Below are positions 1-11,700 of a DNA stretch of 64,000 nt, piece by piece. The position numbers and the translations under genes were made by a program. Source of the stretch: Antedon mediterranea (taxonomy: Eukaryota; Animalia; Echinodermata). The notes beneath the pieces were generated by a model. The model saw nothing but the letters and a program-made list of their open reading frames with translations, was not told the DNA's origin and ran no database searches. The DNA is taken from contig NC_092671.1 of NCBI RefSeq assembly GCF_964355755.1, positions 13,144,001-13,208,000 of the forward strand, in the 5' to 3' direction. The stretch's first letter is position 1, and the number at the start of each line of letters is the position of its first letter.

Positions 1-410
1 CTATCAAAATAGTATTTTTTAAAGAAAATCGGCCTGTCTTCAACATTATGATGCTGTACTCTAGCTGTTCAACCAGTTTTCAGCTATTAAAAACAATTAT
101 CGTAGGAGGAGATAGGAAAATGCGAAGCCTCCTCGCATTTATGTGGCGGGTATTTTTCAAGATGGACATCCATTAGACAGTGTATACCACGATCGGAAAA
201 CACCCCTATTTGGGGCAAATCGTTGAACCTAAATTGGTTTTAATCGTCAATAACTAATTATCTAACATAATTTAATTAGTAAACAGGGTTACATCAGGTG
301 GTTAAAATCAGTACCGAAAGTACGAAACAACTTTATATACCATCGAGTAAAAATTCTAGAAGTAAGGCGCGATTTACCGAATTTTGCCCTTACGTAAATT
401 TATATATAGA
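1..410 (-). mobile_element. Non-autonomous Helitron-like element, 5' part (runs off the window start)
   Basis: Reverse complement of 15715-16124 at high identity. On the minus strand it begins A^TCTATATATA at 410. The paralogous intron in copy B (~7895-7900, ggaa^tttat on minus) is the empty A^T site, with no TSD. Confidence 0.85.
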
Positions 411-772
411 TTCCTTTTTAATTTCATAAATCACCTGGTGGACAAGCATAGCATCCTGGTATGCTCCGGTCAGCAATGTATCTGCGTAACTGATAATATC
501 CTTGTTTACAAGGCTCACATATACCTTTGTTGCATACCATACCATATTGTATTGTAGTATATTTAAAGAAGTCAAATTTGATCTCAGTTTTATTTGTTAA
601 ACAATTACTGAAAAAAAAAATCACATTTTAAACCACTGAATTAATTAAAGGGGGAATATATTCATGTATATTTTATTAGTATGAGCGTAATATTTTCACC
701 AGAGACAACCCCTTCCTAAATGTAGTTTAAAGTAATGATTTCCTTTGTAGCGGAGTAGGCCACTATCTTATA

Positions 773-890
773 CTTGGTTCCCACTAGGGATATTTGACCA
801 ATCACAGGTGATAGATTATTGTTGCTTGTTATTAGTCAACTCGCTTGCGTTGCGTCTACGTCCTTGCGTTGCGTCCTAGTGGGAACCAAC
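773..890. mobile_element. Foldback MITE, family 1 (TIR gcttggttcccactag / ctagtgggaaccaagc)
   Basis: Terminal inverted repeats plus an internal ttgaccaatcaca/..tggtcaa inverted pair. Paralogous copy at 8234-8357; dispersed copies at ~32136 and 41466. Confidence 0.75.
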
Positions 891-2914
891 TTTTAAATAT
901 ATATCAAATTTATGAATAGGGAGGGTTACGTGTGGAGGAGGGCGTGATCAAACTATGAGTGGAGATTTACGGTTAAAGTGTGAAGAGAAGTACGCGAACA
1001 TCAGTTATTCGTTCATTTCTGTTTAGGATGGAAGATGGGAAAGTACACAAATCCCACAAGATAATTTTTAATTCAGATATCAAATATATTTACACCACTG
1101 TATTTCCAGACAAAGTCGATGGAATTTTTGTCAGTTGTCCACAGTCCAAGTAACTGAAAAAAAGAATATAGTATTGATGAATAGGCCTACGTACAAATGG
1201 TTATTGTTGAAATTTAATATATGCCTTTATTATTATTAATTTTATTGCACATTTGCTCTTACACTCACCAAACAGTTAATTTTTCCAGGACGTACGCCTT
1301 TATTTAATAAACTCAAAATAAATTTATCATGTAGTTTATTTTGTCTAGATTAATGTTGGTAATTTAGTCAAGTTGTTGAAATCTAATGATCTAAAAAGAA
1401 AATATTCACCATTTTATCATTTTCATTACATCTATTAATTAATTTATATGACAGATCCGACAAAATCGGCGGAAAGGGAAAACTTAAAATATGGCGTTTA
1501 AAATAAGTACCTGACATTCAATACTCGCTCTTCCGCGCTATCCTGGAAAACCCTTATATTAGTTCCACTAGTAAAGGAAATGTGAAACAGCAGTAAGTAA
1601 TTTTCACATGGATCGCAGTCGACTGTTACTCGTCGACAAATATATGAACGGTTAGATTAAGTGGACACTCACGTTGACGTTTCAGTAAACGTATAGTCTA
1701 GTAAAAGTATGGTTGAACATACATAGAACAAATTGCAACATAATTGTTTTGTCTGGTTGATATGGTCAAAATAAACGTCATATCCAAAGTTTACCAAAAT
1801 CAGACATCGGAAAGTGGGTTAATTAGCATAAATTCAAAATGGCCGCCATTTACCATTTTGAAGCCCTGTATATCCTGGACGGTTGATTTTAGACGAATTA
1901 AGTGCATTGTGAGTAGATAAAAATGTAACATTAAACTTCACAATTAGCATATTAAATATGTTTTAAATTAGTCTTAGGTACGTCATAAGGTAGGCCTATT
2001 ATGTTATAACTGCTTAAATGACTGGTTTTAGACCCGACAGTGAATTACGAGTAGAAATTAATAAATAAGATATAAAACTTTTCTTGAAAATTGATAATTC
2101 ACAGTTAGTAATATAATTTAACTTAAATTTAACTACATTTACTTTTGCAGTGATATGACGTCATACCCGTACTCATGTCAGAGAGCGAACGACAAAATGC
2201 CACTGAATAACATTTGACATTTGACGAACCAGATATAGCATAAATTGAGGTCATAGAGTAGCAGTCGCCATAGTCGACGTGAAAAGTCCTTATAGTACAT
2301 TACGTGAAAGTGAGCTTTTGTATCCTATATTAGTCCCTATTATTGATAAAATGTTCATTTCAGGCACACCATAACAATGTAATTCAAAACTTACATTTCG
2401 TTTAATTCGGAATGTCGAAGTAACGCATCGCTGGCAATAGTTGTGAGGTTGTTATTGTTCAGATATCTTTTTAAAAAATAGTAAGAAACAAATTGATTTT
2501 TAAGGGTAATAATATAGAAATATAATATATAAGAAAAAATCAAAAGGTTCATATACCATGAAAAATTACCCAAACAATTAATTTAAAATTATTATGTTTT
2601 CTTTGGAGTCACAAAACTGTTTTACAATGCTTTTCCGGGTATGTTTGTGCATGTATTTTAAACCAATCAAACTTGATTTGTTGTAAGTAGTATCAGTATT
2701 GGTGTGTTCGCTATTATTTGCTGCGATATATTTTAATTATTATGGCACTTCTTCCGTTAGTCCTCAACCTGTGTTCTCACTGTGTTTTATAATGTGGACG
2801 GGAATTAAAGACATGGTAGGTAATATTATATCTATAAAAACTGTAGTCCTGTAATAAAAACAAAGGGTATAAATAAAATATAACCGAAGACAGAATAAAT
2901 TGTTATTTTTATAC

Positions 2915-3012
2915 CATAACCCATATATCTTATAGTTATTTCAATTGTTATTTATATAACATAACCCATATATTTTATAGTTATTTTAATTATTTATAAA
3001 ATATAACCCATA
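2915..3012. repeat. Short tandem repeat (~45 bp unit containing ataacccatatat..tatagttatt), about 3 copies
   Basis: Directly visible; also present in the paralogous intron at ~15400-15485. Confidence 0.6.
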
Positions 3013-3734
3013 CATCAAGTAACTAATGCTATTTTAACGTGTCCCAATCAAATGACGTCATGATCAATAAAAACAATAAAATCGTTGTATCGTGAAGATT
3101 GTAGGCCTAATTGTTTGATCATGAGGTCAATTTGATTGAATATTTCACCGAAGACAGAATATATTTTTATTTTTATAGTTCCAGTATGAAAACGTTTATC
3201 ATTTATCTATTTATCGTCGTTCATTCTCGTGCTAGTATAAACGGGCCTTTGTGCTTTCTTGTTTCATTTTGTTGTGCTCTAGCAAAGGCTAAACTTATGG
3301 AACGCAGTTTACGCAAGTTATTGGTGATGATGAAAATTGCATCGATGAAACGGCGTTTCGTATAAACTTATCAAAATCATCGTTCTATTCAAAAGAAATA
3401 TGTACGCTGCGCACGTGATATAAGTATCAAAATCTAAGCTACTAAAATGTAAATGTGTTTTTAAACTCACAAATGTGTTGTGTTTTCAGGTATTCCAGCA
3501 GGTAAGTGATCAAGTCCACGTCCACTGCAATTGACTTTGAACCAATTGGTGTCGGGCGGAGATTCACAGATACATAGCAAACTGTTACTATTATTATTGT
3601 GCAGACAATCCAAGTGTGCATAGCAACACACGACGAAGCTATAGAAAAGAATAAAAGTAAACGAAGGACGTAAAAACATTTTCTACTTATCGCGCCCAGG
3701 CTGCAGAAATATACTTAATCTGAATTTCCAGCTA

Positions 3735-3952
3735 CTAGAGGGTGAGCTCGCTTCGCTCGCTCCCCCTCTAGGAAGTGTAGACGATGGTTCTCGGAATGAT
3801 AATGTTCTCCTTATACATTTTCTGTCGGTTACCATTATTGAACTGCTCCCTTGTGTATAAAAGAGAGAAAATATTTGAAACCAGGTTGTTGCAAGGTGAA
3901 CTTATCTTAAACCCGGAAATTACTTTGACCGGGAAGAATTGAAATATATAGA
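3735..3952 (-). mobile_element. 218-bp mini-Helitron inserted just upstream of the copy A start codon
   Basis: Minus strand begins A^TCTATATATTTC (3952) and ends in the hairpin CTAGAGGGGGAGC-GAGCGAAGCGA-GCTCACCCTCTAG^T (3735). The flanks gcta|ttacgat rejoin to give the empty site gctattacgat in copy B at 17450-17460. Confidence 0.88.
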
Positions 3953-5729
3953 TTACGATTTAAATAGAATATTGATCTGATGCAGGAAATAAAATAAAAT
4001 TACATGTTACTTCTTTCTACCTTATTTTTCAATGAATGAATATGACAGTCTATTTTGTAACTCCTTTCAGTTCCATTGTTATAATCACTCAGTGTAAAAC
4101 AGTTAACAAAGTTAAATGTTCTATTATTGTAGAGGTTTTATTCTGTTTTAGTTTTCAATTCTATGTTAAAAAGGGAAAAGTGAAATTTCTTCCCTTTTCG
4201 GTGTGACGTATGTGACTTTAATTTTATGCAATTGAAATTGTGTTAAAATGTTATTGTCTGTTATATTCTCAATATATGTGATCACCATAGGCGTATATTC
4301 GATCGATTTGGCTATTTTGAGAAGATTTATTTGCACACATGCCTTTGCTATGGCGCATGTCTGTGTGATTTCTAATGCTTTATTAGTTTAGGCTATGAAT
4401 GTGAATAACCTTAATTTAAGGCGATATATATAATAGGCCTATGGAAATATGAGGTAGGCTACCTTTTTATAATCTTTAGTAACATACACAGAGCCAGATA
4501 AAATTGCAATATAAAGGGGACAAGTTCGGCGTTATAACAAGTCTTTCGTTTCGAAATTTATTTTCATGTTGATAAACATGTCTCAAGATAACTGGCCTTC
4601 TCATGGAGAGAACATCTGGATCATATTTGTAAAATTAATTACATTACAAAATGTTAGGGCTTCAGAGGATACCCACCTGTAAATTAAAAATCAGGTAGAG
4701 ACTAAACTGTGACGTCATCAGCAACATCTGTGCTTTATAGATTTTAAACAAAGATCGATTCAAATGATTATTGATTACAATATTTTCATGAAGAATTCAG
4801 TATTGGTATTTCATATTCAGTTAATTAAACTAAAGAAATAAACATATGCATGGAATTCATTTTGTAACAACCGATACTATTTAGGCAAAAATGCAATGGA
4901 AGGCCAAAGAACACCGGTAAACAGGTAATAATGCATCCGATTATGTTATGTTATATATGCAATAGGTAGGTACAAATAACCGTATTTACAAAATAAAAAA
5001 TGGATGGACCAAATGAAGTATATTCTCCACTCGTCAAACATAACTTACTTACAATGCTGGTGACGCCCATGGATTGCATCACGATTAATACATACAAGGT
5101 AATGTGCATTTACACCCACAAATTAAATAAAATCCTATTAACTAACGTAGAATTACAAATTATTAAGCAGAGTCAACATTATTGTTTTGATTGATAGGCA
5201 AAACATACAAGGAAATAACTTCATTGGAAAAGAAGTAATCTTAGTAGGCCTATTTGCGGAAATCTCCAGATATTTTTCACAATAACAACAAAGATTAAAT
5301 AAAATAGTCCTGCACTGATAACAATAACACTTTCGTAGACTACAATTGTTTATAATACAAAAACCAAAACTGCACTGTACAATATATTGCTTAAATGGTT
5401 AAAATTGTATTTACAGATATCATATTAAACAATTTGCTTATGACAACATTCTAGCTCAAAGGCGTTTACAACTGAAGTTTTTGTTGAGACAATACCACGA
5501 TGATACATAACACGATTTATTAAAGTAACATCGCACATCTTGATAATGATAATCTGAATACATAATCTATCTCGGGATAAATATGTTTAATTAGATTAGC
5601 ACATTACAGTGCGACGGAACAATTAGATGATGGTAGGTATACTCTAGTGACATTTTTATACAGTAATTGTGTTTATTTAGGTAAACACAGATTAACGATA
5701 GATTTACAATCTACATTTTCAAGTCCTGA

Positions 5730-8700
5730 TTATATGCCATCACTTGACGAGGCGTTCAATAGAAAGATCTGTGAAGAACTCTCATGATTATACTCTGGAT
5801 CTGGAACAATCTGGTGTGTCCATCTTTCACAAATACTCTCTTTAACTTTCTTCAGTAAATCAGCTGCATAAGGTAAATAATATACAAAGTAAGTATTATT
5901 ACAATTATACACATAATGGCCTACATGTTGATTATAGGCTAAAGTAATTAATGAAAACTTACCAAAGACTAACACTAAGATGGACAAGTTAAGCATCAGT
6001 AGAATAAATGGTCTGATTTCATGAAGAAGAATAATTGAATCATCTGTCGTGTATAAAGAATCATCCATGTCAACAATTGTACCAATCGATAAGTTAACAA
6101 TTATGAAGACCAGTGTCAACAACTGAAATCTTTGATCCGATTTTTCCTTCATTGGCTCAAGATAAAGATGTAATGCAATAAGAATAACAGTTACAAACAA
6201 GGAATAAGACATGTTTGATGCTTCGTCATCTTTGAAGTTAGCGATAAGTGAAAGAATTGCTTTATTGTACATCTCAAATACTTCCCAGTACCAAAACCGT
6301 GAGTTGTATTGCTTACAAAAGAACTTTAATCCAACAATTTCTGGTCGTATACTATTAATATCTTCGTTATGTGAGGCATTACGTTTATATTTCCAATACA
6401 AAACGGCAACAACTGCAAGAGGAAAACCTATTACATATAGCAATGAAACAAACACGATGTTTTTGTTAGTATTGTACAGCGAACCATTATTATCTTCCAA
6501 ATTCATAATAGAATAGTCTGACGTAAGTATTTTCTTTGTATGATTGTGATTGTCATCTGATGTAACATTAAATGTACGAATCGACCAAGGACCTACGGCC
6601 ATGATATTTGAACAGGAATTTGCGTACGTTAAGTACATTAACATGATTGTAATTGATAAGCATTTGTCTTTTAAACGATGAGCTGTGTAATCACCACGAT
6701 ATCTATTGATAACGTGTAGCAGCAAGCAAACTGTTGACGCCAATATCAGAATAACGAAAGGTGTGGCTATACCAATATACAAAAGTGTATATGCATTCCA
6801 AGAACCAGACAAAATACACGCCGGACTGAGAAGATTAACATATCGAATAATGTCGAGATACTGTAAACTTTGTCCAACCGATTGAAAGTCTTCTGGCCAG
6901 TGAATTTCGTTTAGTTCAGATAGTATGCCAAGGATCTGATAGAAATTGATAGCTATCTTCATGTGAGTGAAAAAAGAACCCATGTGTGCGATACTTCTTT
7001 TATCTATCCGCCAAACTATGTATCCAATAACGGCGATTATTAAGATAATAACAGCAAATAGAATAATCATAATGAAACTCTTCTGACATTTATGACATTC
7101 GTTGAACAATTCGTAATAACCTGGTAAGCATGCGCCACATAACCATCCTGTATAACCACTGGAACAATTTGCGTCGATACCCCCTACGCAACTTTCTGAT
7201 CGTGGACACATAAACACAGCAGGTAATCTTCCATCGTAACTTGCATTTTTCAAAGCATCAGGATTACTTTCATTAAAGATGTTGCTAACTAAATGCGTAA
7301 TAAAATTATTGTACTTTTCTTTACTTTCTGGATCAAATCCCCAAAACCACCAGTAGCCCGTTAGCAATTGTTGAAAGTCACGTGCACAGTCGACACCTTC
7401 TGGACAAGGTTTGCATTCACCGAATCGATCAACACGATGGAAGTTATCAAGGCAATAACAAGCATTGAGATATGCTAATTGGTCAGTCTTAGTTCCACCT
7501 GGACATGTTTGACAATCATTAATCGTAGTAGCACCAGTCTTTTGCGAGAAACTTCCATTTGGACATGGTTTGCAGTTCTTAAGCCAGCTGCCTTCCTCAC
7601 TCATTCCCAACTCATCGTTGTAAAATCCTCCTGAAAATATACAATCGTACTATAATTAAACATTATTTTGTTCTTATCGTTTGAAATTAATTAATACATT
7701 TTCAGTATATCATCTCTTTTACATGTGGGTAAAATAAAAACTTTACAATACCAATCTGACAAATATTAAACAAGCCGTTGCTAATTTCATCATCATCATC
7801 ATCATCATCGTCGTCGTCGTCATCGGCATCGTCATCATAATCATGATCATATCCTCATCATCATCATTATTATTAATATTAATATTATTATTATAAATTC
7901 CTTTTTGATTTGACAAATCACCTGGTGGACAAGCATGGCATTCTGGTTTCACATTGTTTTGGCGTAACTGATAATGTCCCTGCTTACAAGGCTCACATAT
8001 ACCTTTAGTTTTGTTGCATACCATACCATAGTTTATATGAGTAAAATTAAAAAAGTCAAATATGATCTTAGTTTTATTTGTTAAACAATTACTGAAAATA
8101 AAAAACCAAAAACACTGAATTAATTAAAAATGAAAATATGTGTGTATAAACGTAATATCTTTCTCAAACCATTTTCAAATCTAGTTTAAACCAATGATAT
8201 CCTTATAGTATATGGCAGATACTTACATAAATTGCTTGGTTCCCACTAGGAATATTTGACCAATCACAAGTGATGGATTATTGTGGCTTGTGACTGGTCA
8301 ACTCGCTTGCCTTGCGTCGTCTACGTCATTGCGTTGCGTCTCTAGTGGGAACCAAGCTTTAAGTAGATATCAAATGATGTTTAGGATGGGAGATGGAAAA
8401 GTACACAAATCCCAAAAGATCAAATGTATTTACACTACTGTATTTCCAGACAAAGTTGATGGAATTTTCGTCAATTGTCCACAGTCCAAGTAACTAAAAA
8501 AAAAAATATTAGTATTGATGCATATACAAATTAATATTGCTGAAATTCAATGTAGGCTTTTAATTGTATTAATTTAAATACATTATTCTATTTATGCCAT
8601 AACTTACACCCCCCAAACAATAAAACATTTCACAGGACGCAATCGTCCATAGTTTATTTTGTCTAAATTACTTACACAATTGAATCATTTGACATGTTAG

Positions 8701-11700
8701 AAAAGCTTTTCTCTTCGATAAAAGTGATTGGATTATTGAACAAGTACCTGATAAATGAACAAATTAAAAAAAAATGTGATGTATTGTTAAAATGTTGATG
8801 GACCTAATAACGTTACTACGGTGATTGGGTAAAATAACGAAAAAATCAATATTGCAGTAGATCGTATGAATACACATATATATATATATATTACTATACC
8901 GGTAGTCTACAAATGGCATAATAATTCTTTTGCTTGTAATACTTAACGTGTACACGATTAAAGAGTGACGTAATCTGAGTTAGAAAAGCGTGTAGAAATA
9001 AAAGTTCATTCTACTTACAGTTTTTTCATTACTCCATTTCTAAACGTTCCATTCGTTATAGTTTCCAGCTTATTTTTTTGTAAATACCTGAGGAGTTACC
9101 AACATGATCTTCTAATTTATTTATGGTTTTATTAATATTAATTTTTTTTAAAACTATATGCTTGATATTATTATACACGACTAAATGCTAGTAGACCTAC
9201 AAGTAATAAATACAACAATATCAACTTCTAGTGAGTCTCAAACCTTTACCCGGTCAGTCTAATTTGATATTTGACTTAAGTACAAAAAACACATTAGACT
9301 TACTGCAAATCTGTATTTAAATTAATTATTATTAAATTTTTAAATTTTAGTCCACCAGATGTTTCGATTTTTCTGATTTCAAGCTTTTATTTTAGACCTA
9401 CATATGAAACGGAATGGTTTGAAATACAGGTTAGAAATTAGACTAAAACTAAATATGGCCCAAACTGAATGGATAAACAATTCAAACGCTGTAAATATGT
9501 CCTATTAAGTACATTATTATTTTATTTTACTCACATGACTTCAAAATCAGTATCATCAAATGCTCCATCTTCAATGTACGATATTTCATTATGGTCAAGC
9601 ATTCTATTAAAAAGAAATATTCAACTTCTAATCTATTGACTCTATTTACTAATATTTTCGTGATCGTCACAGCTGTCACTGTTGTCGCAGCCACCCAGAG
9701 GCGTAGGCTGGCTGTTGTCTGGGGGACAGATGCGAAATTTGTAAATGTGGAACCCTCAAATGGGGCTGAGCTAAAACAAATTTGAAAAATAGAGCTGCTT
9801 AGGTCCTTGGAAATTATACTTATTTGAAACGGTTAGAGTTTAGGACCAGCCCCATCATGGCTGGCCGGCTGAGCTAAGACCATTTTTAAAAAAGAGCTGC
9901 TGGGTCCTCACTCATACTTTGAAAATGACCGGTCTTGGCCTAATAAAGTGGACCCAGCCTACGCCACCGATTAGATTCATCACCATGATACTCATCATCT
10001 TTATTATGACAATTTTTAAATACGGTAGTCATTGAAGTTACGGATTTGGTTGTCAAATTATCATTCACCGCGACTCCACAATTCCTTGAATTAATGATGA
10101 TACTTACAATATATTTAGGTTTTTACAACCTCTAAAACTTGCTTTTGAAATTGTTTTAATTTTATTCCTATCCAGGTACAAGTATTGAGGAAAATACTTA
10201 GATTGAAATAAAGATCCATTTCCAAGTGAAGAAATGTGATTGTTATCCAGCTGACTGAAAATAAAATATCATATAAGTTGTTATTTATCATTCTGACATG
10301 TATAGGAAATCGTTTCATTTCAGTAACACCAATATTTACCTGTGCCTCTCGCTTTTCTCATAGGGGTATTTAATGTATACGGTAACAATTTTCAGAGGTA
10401 AATAAACGCAGTTCTGATTGTGGTACATTACTGTACTGTATCAAGTTGATTCATTATGAAATAAACACGAGTATGTATACATTCTAAAAACTTCTGTGAT
10501 AAAGGATCTATGTATAAAGTATTATTTAAATATTGTTTTAAAAGCATAACGAACTTAGTTACACTTACAGAGATTCACGGATTAGGAGGTTATACAATGC
10601 TGAAGGAAACACAGTTAAAACATTGCTAGAAACAGACCTTCAAAAGAAAACAATGCAGTATAAAGATCAATTTAATTACTGGCTTTTGTAATAACACAAC
10701 CGTAAACCACAAGAGTTTATTTGAAAACAAGATACGCAACCAATGCTTTTCCATTTCAAATATTGACCGATATTAGAATGTGGTGTAATGTATACTTACA
10801 AACTAAAAACACCAATTAGATCTTTAAATGCTTCTGGATGAATATCACCAATCTTATTAGCTTCAAGTCGTCTGAAAACAAATAGATTGAAAAACACAAT
10901 ATTCTTGATTGATAAAACTAAAGTAAATTATTTTATAAATTTTGAATTAATTAAATAAAATACTTACAGAGTGTTTAACCAAGTTGTATTAACAAACAAT
11001 CTTGCTGGTATCGTGGTAATTTGACTATATGTAAGGTATCTGTTAACAATAAAATACTATATAAGTATGAACAAAATAAAAAAACAACACACACAAACAA
11101 ACAAATAGAGGGAGATCTCTAAAATTGAAGAGCTAACTTACATTCGACTTCCTGATGGAATATTTGCGAATGCTCCTGTTGCCAATTTCAACAACTGATT
11201 GTCAACATATCTGTGAAAAGGTAGATAATGTCCAAACCACATGCTAACTATTCACGAAGTTTATACATCAACATTATTTGACATAATATTTATATTACTT
11301 TTAATATCTTATTTTGTACATTTGTTATTGTTAGTTTTTATTATATTCAATCGAAATATATTATATAAAATGTATGTTTAAAATTAACAAAACGCCAGTT
11401 TCTTTCTTCTTTACACGTAGTTATTCTCTTAAGGTAATTTACACAACCCAAAACAAAAATGTTTATGGTACAAAACTTACATTTCAATTAAAGATTTACT
11501 GGTAAAGAAGAAGGAGTTTTCCACCAATTCCTTAATATTAGTTTCTCTGAGATGTCTAATAGAATAAAAGTTGAAGTTCTGATTTAAAAACATAGGCCTA
11601 CTTAATGCACTTAATGATAAATAATATAATATAGTAAGACGATATGTTAGGCCGAACAAGAAGAAATATTTTAGCATAATATATAATGATATCCCGCCTA

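Larger units (their letters stand above)
435..3679 (-). pseudogene. Internally deleted paralog (copy A) of the LRR/Cys-rich/multi-TM receptor; pseudogene or short isoform
   Basis: Exons homologous to copy B: 3471-3679 (signal peptide + LRRNT), 2395-2466 (LRR), broken exon starting 1390 (SLDFNNLTKLPTLI*, TAG at 1345-1347), 1094-1153, 435-607 (Cys-rich). The junction at ~1350 joins sequence matching B ~13517 to B ~8670. The terminal TM exon, if present, is outside the window. Confidence 0.75.

Noticed and set aside
5730-7610. Treating the 626-aa ORF as a standalone gene or an LGR/Toll-like receptor
   Set aside because: It starts at a TTG inside exon 18 of a 19-exon gene and reads through an intron; no rhodopsin motifs or TIR domain.
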